Shown in pieces: positions 19,521 through 28,203 of a stretch of 28,824 nucleotides of DNA. The translations under genes and the position numbers were made by a program. Positions within the stretch are counted from its first letter, which is position 1. Each line of letters begins with the position of its first letter. The notes below the pieces were generated by a model, which worked only from the letters and a program-made list of their open reading frames with translations, was not told the origin of the DNA and did not search any database. The DNA comes from an uncultured delta proteobacterium (GTDB taxonomy: Bacteria > Desulfobacterota > Desulfomonilia > UBA1062), in assembly GCA_963752595.1 (NCBI GenBank), contig CAVVYZ010000003.1:1-28824 (forward strand). Reading direction: 5' to 3'.

Positions 19521-20039
19521 ATGAAAAAATCTACATTATTGTCTATAGGAATCCTGGTCCTTATGCTTACCGTCGGAGGTATAGCATACGGCGAAGGAAG
19601 CATGGACAGCTCTTCCGACCAGCAGGGAACCATGGGATCCGACCCGGGTATGAGCAGTGGAACCGGCGGGATGGGTCAGTCATCCGGCCAGCAGGGGACA
19701 GCCGGTATGTCGCAGTCAAAGATCGATATCAACACTGCATCGATAAAGGAACTGGAAAGCGTACCCGGCATGACCAGTTCCATGGCAAAGGACATTGTGA
19801 AATACAGGGATCAGAACGGGCCTTTCGCATCGGTTGATGACCTGACGAAAGTCAAAGGCGTCGATAACAAAAAGCTCGACATGATAAGGAACAATGTCAC
19901 GATAGGCCAGCAAGGCATGGGCGGATCGAGCGGAACGGGCGGCACTGGCATGGGCACCGGCGGGACTGGTACTGACGGCATGGGTACCGGCGAATCCAGC
20001 GGAACTGGCGGCACCGGGACAGGCTCTTCGGGTTATTAG
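19521..20039 (+). CDS. Exported ComEA-like protein 2, one HhH_3 domain with G/S/T/M-rich arms
   Basis: RBS GGAGG; signal ending AYG; KIDINTASIKELESVPGM..YRDQNGPFASVDDLTKVKGV. Confidence 0.88.
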   Translation: MKKSTLLSIGILVLMLTVGGIAYGEGSMDSSSDQQGTMGSDPGMSSGTGGMGQSSGQQGTAGMSQSKIDINTASIKELESVPGMTSSMAKDIVKYRDQNGPFASVDDLTKVKGVDNKKLDMIRNNVTIGQQGMGGSSGTGGTGMGTGGTGTDGMGTGESSGTGGTGTGSSGY

Positions 20040-20078
20040 GAGCTTTCGTCGATGCCTGACAGATGAGTATGTATAAGA

Positions 20079-20107
20079 GAATGCCGGTGTCCAACGCACC
20101 GGCATTT
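20079..20107 (+). terminator. Palindrome/terminator, copy A
   Basis: AATGCCGGTG-TCCAACG-CACCGGCATT, about 40 bp after the stop of gene 2. Confidence 0.65.
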
Positions 20108-20202
20108 CCATGCCCCTTAAAGGCACTGCGCTCTGTTATGCATTTTGACTCATTCAATTACTGCCATGAGAGAATTGAAAACAGACAAAAAGGAGGTAAG
20201 CA

Positions 20203-20684
20203 ATGAAAAAAATTACTATTATTATCGGGATAATCCTCGCTGTTATGCTGACCCTGAGCGTTACATCCTGTGAGAAGAAGCAGGGCGCAGCAGGAACTGG
20301 AGCAGGAGCTCGACCAGCACACAGCCGTCAGGACAAGGAGCAGGATCGGAATCCCAGATGGGAATGGCACAGAGCACAATCGATGTGAATACCGCATCGG
20401 CAACTGAACTGCAGCAGGTGCCCGGGATTGATCAGACCCTGGCTCAGAATATCGTGAGCTACAGAGACGCAAACGGTCCTTTCTCTTCTGTCGATGATCT
20501 GAGCAAGGTCCAGGGCATGGATCAGCAGAAGCTCGATTCACTCAGGAATTACCTGACAGTCGGGAAGTCATCAGGTACGAGCGGATCCAGTGGCCCCAGC
20601 GGGACTGATATGAGGACAGACGGAAACGGATCCAGCGGTAGCGCCGGATCCAGCAGCGGAGGGTCAGGATCGTCCGGATATTAA
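20203..20684 (+). CDS. ComEA-like lipoprotein 3 (one frameshift near 20305)
   Basis: RBS AAGGAGG; lipobox VTS-C in ORF 20203..20388; the other frame continues SSTSTQPSGQGAGSESQMGMAQSTIDVNTASATELQQVPGI..YRDANGPFSSVDDL with a G/S tail ending GSSGY as in gene 2; about 160 aa when corrected. Confidence 0.85.
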
Positions 20685-20717
20685 TACGAAAATTACCTTT
20701 TAGTACCGTGTATAACG

Positions 20718-20753
20718 AAGGTAATGCCGGTATACAAGTATCGGCATTACCTT
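20718..20753 (+). terminator. Palindrome/terminator, copy B
   Basis: AAGGTAATGCCGGTAT-ACAA-GTATCGGCATTACCTT, about 35 bp after the stop of gene 3. Confidence 0.65.
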
Positions 20754-20838
20754 TCAAGTCAAACCAAATTTTTATGGAATGGTATTAGACACTGACGCAG
20801 AAACATTCTGTAAGGGCAGGCCAACAAGGAGGCAGAGC

Positions 20839-21447
20839 ATGAAAAAATTAACTATCCTAGCAGGAGTACTACTGTTAGCTGTGCTCATTTTGAGCGGAGC
20901 AGCATTCGGGAAGGATACAGCGGGACAGGGTACAAGCAGTGACGGGACTGCATCTCAGGATGCAGCAGGACAGGATCAAAATGCAACCCCTCAGGGCGTG
21001 AGCACTGACGGAACAGCAGGACAGGAGGAAAGCGGAGAAGCCGCAGGCCAGGATGCAGCAGGACATGGAATAACCTCTGAAGATTCAGCCATAGGAGAGC
21101 ACGGAGGCATTAACGGAGGAGATGCAGCACGTCAGACAACCGAGAACGCATACGGTCAGGGAAAGGTCAACATAAACACAGCTTCGAAATCAGATCTCAT
21201 GTTGGTTCCGGGGATGACCAGAACTCTCGCCGACAACATCCTCCAGTATCGGAATTCCAACGGGCCATTCAACACCGTTGACGATCTTGCCAATGTCCAG
21301 GGCATCGACCGGAAAAAGCTCGACGAGATTCGATATTACACGAAGATAAAAGGCCTGACGGATATTCAGCCTGACCTGATCCGGTCAGAGCAAAGCGCCC
21401 CGTTCCCTGACTATGCTCCGGGTTCATCAGGCTCCCCCAATAAATGA
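20839..21447 (+). CDS. Exported ComEA-like protein 4 with long acidic repeat linker
   Basis: ATG 20839 after AAGGAGG; signal ending AFG; DAAGQ/DGTA repeats; GKVNINTASKSDLMLVPGM..YRNSNGPFNTVDDL. Confidence 0.87.
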   Translation: MKKLTILAGVLLLAVLILSGAAFGKDTAGQGTSSDGTASQDAAGQDQNATPQGVSTDGTAGQEESGEAAGQDAAGHGITSEDSAIGEHGGINGGDAARQTTENAYGQGKVNINTASKSDLMLVPGMTRTLADNILQYRNSNGPFNTVDDLANVQGIDRKKLDEIRYYTKIKGLTDIQPDLIRSEQSAPFPDYAPGSSGSPNK

Positions 21448-21596
21448 GGAAGCCCGGATCAACCGGGGAATGATGTCTTTTTAGGCTTTTCTGAGAAAGC
21501 AGAAGCCTCCTCTCTGCTGAATACGGTGCCTGTGATAATTCGGCGGCTTTTTATTATAAAGAAGCCTGAACAGGCATCCGGACAAGGAAGTGAACA

Positions 21597-21986
21597 ATGA
21601 AGAGGTTAACCATGATCACCGGAGTGATCCTCATGGTGATTCTCGTTCTTGGCTTCACATCGTGCGGGAAAAAGGAAGAAACCAAGGCGGAGGGAAAGGT
21701 CAATATCAATGCCGCAACAGCTCAGGAGCTTCAAAGGGTACCCGGGGTCGATCAGGCCCTGGCTCAGAATATCGTAGCGTACAGGAACATAAACGGTCCA
21801 TGTATCGTCGAAGATCTCAACAGGGTCTCCGGAATGGATAAGGATAAATTCGACTCGATGAGGAATTATATTACTGTCGAAGACAAATCAAGCTCCCGGC
21901 AGGGATCACCGCAAGGCTCAGCACAACAGAGTCCGTCAGGGTCTCAACCGAGTCAGGAACCAGGGCAGCAGGGGTCGTCACGATAG
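21597..21986 (+). CDS. ComEA-like lipoprotein 5 with S/Q/P/G tail
   Basis: Lipobox FTS-C; GKVNINAATAQELQRVPGV..YRNINGP..VEDLNRVSGM. Confidence 0.87.
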   Translation: MKRLTMITGVILMVILVLGFTSCGKKEETKAEGKVNINAATAQELQRVPGVDQALAQNIVAYRNINGPCIVEDLNRVSGMDKDKFDSMRNYITVEDKSSSRQGSPQGSAQQSPSGSQPSQEPGQQGSSR

Positions 21987-22030
21987 AGAATTATCGATCG
22001 CATATACCGGGACTGATACGCGCTTTGGCG

Positions 22031-22056
22031 ATGCCGGTGTCATGTGACACCTGCAT
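22031..22056 (+). terminator. Palindrome/terminator, copy C
   Basis: ATGCCGGTGTCA-TG-TGACACCTGCAT (one mismatch), 45 bp after the stop of gene 5. Confidence 0.6.
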
Positions 22057-22089
22057 TTCATTATAAAAGGAAATTTTCTTAAGGGGGGC

Positions 22090-22118
22090 TTGAATCATAC
22101 CTTCCTCAAATTTATATT
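22090..22118 (+). promoter_or_regulatory. Candidate sigma-70 promoter of the canonical comEA copy
   Basis: TTGAAT (22090-95) N17 TATATT (22113-18), 50 bp upstream of ATG 22169. Confidence 0.4.
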
Positions 22119-22168
22119 ATTAGACCATACAATGCCCTTAGGGGTAATAATCCATGAGGAGGTGAACA

Positions 22169-22507
22169 ATGAAAAGGTGTACCATTTTGGCAGGAGCGAT
22201 CCTGATTGTCATGTTCTTTGGCAGTATGGCGTACGGACAGGGGAAAACGGGACAGGGAAAGATCAATGTGAATACCGCAGCACTGGAAGAATTGCAGCTG
22301 CTGCCGGGAATCGGCGAGGCCACAGCAAAGAATATAATAGCTTACCGGAAAGCCAACGGTGCCTTCAAATCCGTATCCGACATCACCAAAGTAAAAGGTA
22401 TCGGCGAAAAGAAGTTCAAGTCATTGCAAGGATACGTCAAGCTGGATGGAAAATCGGACTTCGAGCCGGCAAAGCCTAGAGCTGAGCGCGGGAAGCCGGC
22501 CTCCTGA
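22169..22507 (+). CDS. comEA: Canonical ComEA-type periplasmic DNA-binding protein (copy 6)
   Basis: RBS GAGGAGG; signal ending AYG; [54 protein letters not shown] with both GIG hairpins; Lys-rich. Confidence 0.88.
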   Translation: MKRCTILAGAILIVMFFGSMAYGQGKTGQGKINVNTAALEELQLLPGIGEATAKNIIAYRKANGAFKSVSDITKVKGIGEKKFKSLQGYVKLDGKSDFEPAKPRAERGKPAS

Positions 22508-22568
22508 CAATCATCCTGGCATAAGAAGAACGCTGGTCTTAAAAAGATAAACATTTGCCGAAGATGTG

Positions 22569-22600
22569 ATGCCGGTGTTTTTATTCCACCGGCATTTTTT
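22569..22600. terminator. Palindrome/terminator, copy D, between convergent comEA and the DnaJ gene
   Basis: ATGCCGGTG-TTTTTATTC-CACCGGCAT followed by a T run. Confidence 0.72.
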
Positions 22601-22613
22601 CAAAAATACCCTA

Positions 22614-23560
22614 TCACATCCCTTGCGGATTGAAGTTCGATACCTTCTTCAGCTCAGTGAACAATCTCTTTTGCTCATCAGTAAGGTCTTTGGGCATGAC
22701 GATCTTGATCTGTGCAAAAAAATCCCCTTTACGGGCCAGGCCTCTGCCCTTGAGCCTGAGCCTCTGGCCTGAGGAAACACCCGGCGGAATTTTGAGACTG
22801 TATGTGCCGTCCGGCGTATGGATTTCTTTTGTGGCCCCAAGGGCTGCATCCCAGGAGAAATGGGAAGATCGGCAACGATATCGTTGCCTTCCAGCTTGTA
22901 CTTCCCATTGGATGAGAGCCTTATCCGAAGGTACAGGTCGCCTGCACCGCCCGGCCCGGGATTCCCTTGTCCTGTGAGGCGAATCTTCATCCCGTCATAG
23001 GCACCGGCAGGAATCTTCACATTCAGCCTTTTCCCGCTCCCATGCCCCTGGAGCCGGATCTCTCTGTTCGCTCCGGCATGCGCCTCTTCGAGGGATATAC
23101 TCACTTCGGTCTCCAGGTCGCCGCCTCTGGCTGCTTCCGGTCTCTGCCCTGCCTGGCCTCCCACCCCGAAATCTCCGAAGAGAGACTCGAAGAAATCCGA
23201 AAATCCGCCTCCGCGTGCGGAGCCGGTACCGAAATCAAAGGAAAACGTATGTGATCTCCCGGACCTCGATCTTCCGGCGAATGGATTTTCGCCGAAGATG
23301 TTCTCAAACCCCGGAGGCGGCCTGAACGACTGCCCTTCCTGCCAGTTGCTTCCCAAGGCATCGTACCTCTGACGTTTCTCCGGGTCCTTGAGGACCTCAT
23401 AGGCCTCGTTGAGCCCCTTGAAACGGTTTTCCGCAGTGGGATCATCCTTACAGGTATCAGGATGGCAATCTCGCGCAAGCTTCCTGTAGCGTTTTTTTAT
23501 CTCTTCCTGGGTTGCGTTCCTCTCTATACCCAGGACTTTGTAATAATCCTTGTATTCCAA
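22614..23560 (-). CDS. cbpA: Class B DnaJ protein, CbpA-like (frameshift near 22853)
   Basis: [11 protein letters not shown] motif, [18 protein letters not shown] region [10 protein letters not shown], no zinc finger, VKIPAG..GDLYL; shifted tail ..[41 protein letters not shown] ends at TGA 22614-22616. Confidence 0.82.
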
Positions 23561-23630
23561 GTGTATGTCCTCTTTACTTGTATCTAATCAATCCTTTAGA
23601 TAGGATCCGGTACTTGGAAAATCAATAGCA

Positions 23631-24549
23631 TCAAAAGCGATGATCAAGCTGGGAGGCGATTGCCGCAGGTATCCGGGCAAGTTCTCAACCATGAACCCGG
23701 TATGACGAATGGCCTCCATGGCCTCGTCGAGATACTTCACGGCAACATCCTTGCTTTTCTTCAGAATCGGCGGGGTAATATGGGGGATAAGGTATTTTGC
23801 CTTTCGACAGGGTCGACGAACCCTGCCATATCTGCCAGGAGTTGAGGACTGTTCTGGAAGAGAAGAACAAGGGGCAGGGTCGATTTCCCTTCGAGGATAT
23901 CGTTGAAGGGATCCTTGTTGTCGTCTTTGCTCGGGGTGAGGTTGATGATATCATCCACGATCTGGAAACCCATGCCCACAGTCCTCCCGAAGGAGACCAG
24001 CGCGTCGAGGATATCCGGTGCGAGCCCGGCCAGTATCCCTGGAGCATAGGTGCAGAATTCGAAAAGCGAAGCTGTCTTGAGATAAATGATATCGAGATAG
24101 ACATCCATGTCATCATGGAACTCTTTGGCATACTGGAGTTCTTTGAGCTCCCCCTCCGCCATCTTTTTGATGGTCTGAGCCATTCCCGTCACGAGATCCA
24201 AGTGGCCCATCCTGCAGAGGGTCTCCATCGCCGAAGCCGTAATGAAATCTCCGGCAAGTAGTGCCGGTTTATCCCCGAAAACCTGGTTTGCAGTGGGTTT
24301 TGCACGCCGTATGGACGTACAGTCGACGACATCGTCGTGCAGAAGACTTGCCGTGTGCATGAGCTCTACCGTATATGCCACGGGCATGACCTTCTCTTCC
24401 GGCAGGCCGATAGCCCTGCCGATAAGCATAACCAGTTTGGGCCTAAGGCGCTTCCCGCCTGAACCGAGGATATATTCGCCGATCTCCGTGGTGAATCTCG
24501 TCGAGCTCTGAAAGATCTCCCTGAGGCCCTTCTCGAATGCTCCGTCCAT
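23631..24549 (-). CDS. Long-chain polyprenyl diphosphate synthase (IspB-like), 3' frameshifts
   Basis: GGKRLRP, ELMHTASLLHDDVVD..RR, LAGDF, KTASLF, GMGFQIVDDIIN, EGKSTLP. The small residue five before the first Asp-rich motif suggests a long product. End inferred from shifted frames (..AIASQLDHRF*). Confidence 0.87.
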
Positions 24550-24888
24550 AGCGTGACCTATACCAAAGAGTTGGTTCAATATCAACGCAAACATCAACGT
24601 CCCTTTTTGTATTTCCCGTGTCTTATCGTCATGGGCAAGATATCGGAGCTTGGTCTTTATTCCGACAGTTCCTGCCCGTACAATGTCAACAATCGTTCGC
24701 TGCCCTTAGATTTGTGACATGAACCGAACCATGTAAAATCACGTTCAGAAACAGGACTGAGCGTGGCCCAACCATACTCTCTTTCCAATCCGTTCATCTC
24801 TTGAGCTATTATTATTCCCCGGGCATCCGCCGATTTTTATCAAACGAGGGCAAATCTGGAATCTGGCAAGAACGATAGGGGAAAAAAA

Positions 24889-25804
24889 ATGAAAAAAGCA
24901 TACTCATTATCTTGCTAACTTATCCTCTTTTTATTCCTTGTGGGCTGCGAGAGCAATGTCTTCGATTCAGTCTCCGACGATTCAGGTGACGCAGGGCAGA
25001 TATCGAAGCTGCACAGATGGCTCTTGACGATGGCAATTACCAGGAGGCCATCGACATTCTCGAACCGGGATACGACAGGTCCAATCCCGACCCGGCGGCG
25101 GCCAGAGTCCTCGCATCGGCATATATGGGCAAAGCAGGCATCGACCTCACCTACATCATCGAAAATGCCTCGGACGATCATGACGACGAGAGCTTCGATG
25201 CCATCGCATCGGCCTTGTGCCTCGACATCGTGAACAGCCACCTTCGGGCGGATTCAAGGGAGCAGATACTGTAGAAAGCGAAGCCTCGGGCACCCCCAGG
25301 TACATATCCTATGCTTCTTCAGCAGCCTTCCTGGAAAGCATCGAGACAGCCAGGGAATATCTAAAGGAAGCCGTCGTCGGACTTTCTAGTGAAAACGACG
25401 ACGACAAGGTCCGGCTTGGAATGGCCTCGGCTATTCACTTCATCCTCGAGGACAGGCTACCAGGCTGCCACCGTGAGGGGCGCCAACGTCCCACGACGGA
25501 GGAGGCCTACCGAGAAGTCTTCCCGAAGATAAGATGCGAACCTGGACACCAACCTGAGCCAGGTTCGCGGACAGCATACCCATACGGGGGAGAAATCGCC
25601 GAATCTCTCCAGAAAGATCTAACGTACGTCTCCGAAACGCGATCGTCGTTCTCATGGGGAGAATGGGATCCGACGAGGACATTGCAGCGAGACTTCAACG
25701 AATTCTTGACGGATCTCCTGGGAGGATCCAGCAAGATCAGCGACTTCGACGGACAGGAAACAGCCGACTCTATCGAAACGCACCTGCTTGAGTATGCCCT
25801 GTGA
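24889..25804 (+). CDS. Lipoprotein with TPR-like helical region (several frameshifts)
   Basis: MKKAY.. then LFLFLVG-CESNVFD lipobox; ALDDGNYQEAIDIL..VLASAYMGKAGIDL; acidic C-terminal part in ORF 25217..25804. Confidence 0.6.
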
Positions 25805-25818
25805 GGAGACAAACCAGA

Positions 25819-26892
25819 GTGAGGAAGAGGATCCTGTTCATCACGATATTGATGGTCGTCACGTCGAGGGAATCGTTTTCGGAAGCGAGTATCCTTACAT
25901 CTATAAGGGATTACGTCCTATGGGAATGGAGGGAGCTTTCGTCGCCGTATCCGACGATGCGAACGCCCTGTTCTACAATCCTGCAGGCCTTGCCCGGATA
26001 CAGAACGCCAGGGTATCCATAGTGCCGATCGAGGTCGAGGTGACGGAGAACACCCTCGGACATCTACAGAGACGCATCGGACGTGGATTTCGACAACGAG
26101 GAAGAGACAGCCGATTTCCTCAGAGAGAATACGTCGGCGATCGATCGCACCTCGGCATCAGCCTGTTCCCGTCCTATTCCATGCCGAGATTTGCATTCGG
26201 TCTCATCGGAACGGCACGGGCGGACCTCGAGGTGAGCGATCTCCAGTATCCCAAGGTGAATGCCCATGCCATAAACGATTTCGGGGGAGGATTCGGGTAT
26301 GCCCAGCCTCTCTTCGATGACATCCTGTCCATCGGTGCCAATCTGAAATATATCAGGAGACAGAGCCTCGAATGAAGAATACACGGTCTTGGACATCACC
26401 ACGGGCGACTTCAGCGACAAGGTCGAAGATGACCTCGTCGATGGAAGCGGGTTCTTGGCTGACGTGGGAGTGATGGTTTCCCTGGACGGAGTAGGCCTTG
26501 AGAACGTACGGATCGGCGTCAGCGCGAACAATCTCATCGGAAATGATCTTGGCGATGCCGAAGACCTGGACGACCACATCGACGTAGGTTTTGCCGTCGA
26601 GAAGGAGCTGTGGATCACGAAGGCCACCCTTGCCGTCGATTACGTGGATGTCTTTTCGCAGATCGATGATGACGACGACTTTGCGAAGAGGGTTCGCCTC
26701 GGGATCGAGCTCACGTTTCCGAAAGTTCTTTCGGTACGGGCAGGCATCTATCAGGGGTATTTCACCTCGGGTCTGAGCCTTGATGGAAGAGTCGTTCAGC
26801 TCGATTTCCTCACCTATGCCGAGGAGATCGGGGCGTATGCAGGCCAGCGGGCCGACAGGCGCTACGATCTGCGTTTCGTCCTGGGGTTCTGA
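25819..26892 (+). CDS. Outer-membrane beta-barrel protein, TraF/FadL/PorV-like (frameshifted)
   Basis: GTG 25819 after GAGGAG; plug motif RPMGM.GAFVAVSDDANALFYNPAGLA; alternating beta strands (LSIGANLKYI, RVRLGIEL, VRAGIYQGYFTSGL); C-terminal Phe YDLRFVLGF. Confidence 0.78.
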
Positions 26893-26899
26893 AGGAAGG

Positions 26900-27399
26900 C
26901 TACAGAGACCTGATCTTTTCGATGATGCCGGTGGTGGAGTGCCCCGGCACGAAGGCGAGCGAAAGCGCCTCACCGCCGTGCGACCTCACGACGTCGGAGC
27001 CGACGATGCTGTCCGGGCTCCAGTCGCCCCCTTTGACGAGAACATCAGGGGGATGATTTCTTTGATGAGCTCATACGGGGTATCCTCTCCGAAGATGCAG
27101 ACGTAATCGACGCAGCCGAGTGCGGAGAGGACCGCCGCCCGGGAAAACTCATTGTTGAGGGGCCTCTCCTTCCCCTTTCAGCCTCTTCACCGATGCATCC
27201 GAATTGAGCCCGACGACGAGTGCGTCTCCCAGCGCCCGTGCCTGGCGGAGATACGAGACGTGCCCCTCGTGAAGGATGTCAAAGCATCCGTTCGTGAAAA
27301 CGACTTTCATCTCCATGGCTTTTTCATGGATGCGACCCTGGCCTTCAGGGTGGCCTTATCGAGAAGCTTCTCGCCTTCGAGTTCAGTCCTTCAGGCCAT
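26900..27399 (-). CDS. rfaE2: D-glycero-beta-D-manno-heptose 1-phosphate adenylyltransferase (RfaE/HldE domain II), frameshifted; absent from the ORF track
   Basis: Manual minus-strand translation: [109 protein letters not shown] at 26900-26902. 5' end uncertain. Confidence 0.88.
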
Positions 27400-28203
27400 G
27401 TCCTTCGAGGCGAGCTTCGCCGTATATCTCCCAAGGCAAGGTAGGAAGGGGGTTGTTTGTGCGGGAAACCCGCTCCAGGAGCGAGCCGATATGCGCTTTC
27501 ACCGTGTTCCAGTCACCCCTCTGGACAGGGCCGGTCAGAGCGGATCTGCCGTGGGCCTGCAGATTGGCGATCGTACCGCGGATGAGGGGAATCAGCTGCT
27601 CAATACCGAGACCAACCGTCTCCATGAGCTCCGACGCCTGCGATGAGATGGCCACGAGGTAATTCGAGGCAATGACGGCAGCAGTGTGGTAAACGACCTT
27701 GTCCTGCTTCGAGATCGTAATGAGCTTTGAGGAGAGAGACCGGGCAGGAGGTCGGAAGCCACCTCCTGCGCCTTGGCTGAGCCTTCGAATATGAAGTATG
27801 CTTCCCCGGATGGGGACCCGTTAAAGCCCTGTCCGCATCCATGATGGACTGGAGAGGGTGGAGGCTCCCCACCTCGGCGCCGTATCCTGCAACGGAGAGC
27901 CGAGAAGATCGGAGGTAAGGAGACCGCTCAGGTGGTAGAAGACGATCCCCCTGCAGGCGTTTCCAGCCACTTCGCCGCGATGTGCCGGGCCGTCTTTTCG
28001 GGAATGGCACCGTCAGGGACGGCAAAAAAAACGACTCCGTGTCCCTTGAGGCCCGGGAGGAACGTCGGGATAACAGGGAATGTCTCCGCTGCCCGCCTTC
28101 GAAGACACCAGCCAGGACGGTGAATGCCCGGACCCTCTACAGGAGCGCGAGCATGGCGCTCCCCACCTTCCCCGAGCCCTATGACGGCAAAATCATATTC
28201 CAT
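27383..28203 (-). CDS. Rossmann-like plus DUF2520 oxidoreductase (PanG-like), heavily frameshifted
   Basis: FAVIGLG, VVFFAVPDGAI, GSLHPLQS, YHTAAVIASNYLV (shifted frame), ALTGPVQRGDWNTVKAH. 3' end uncertain. Confidence 0.8.

Noticed and set aside
18727-22507. Array as an assembly duplication artefact
   Set aside because: Copies differ widely in sequence, length, signal type and linkers, unlike collapsed or repeated reads.
20079-22600. Repeated palindromes as a CRISPR array or integron attC sites
   Set aside because: Separated by whole paralogous genes with no constant spacer length; no cas or integrase gene; no GTTRRRY/RYYYAAC ends recognised.
26373-26375. TGA in the barrel gene as selenocysteine or readthrough
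   Set aside because: The downstream coding sequence is in a different frame (..SLDEEYTVLDIT), so this is an indel and not readthrough.
25819-26892. TraF-like gene as evidence of a conjugative element
   Set aside because: No relaxase, T4SS, integrase or att sites; flanked by housekeeping genes.
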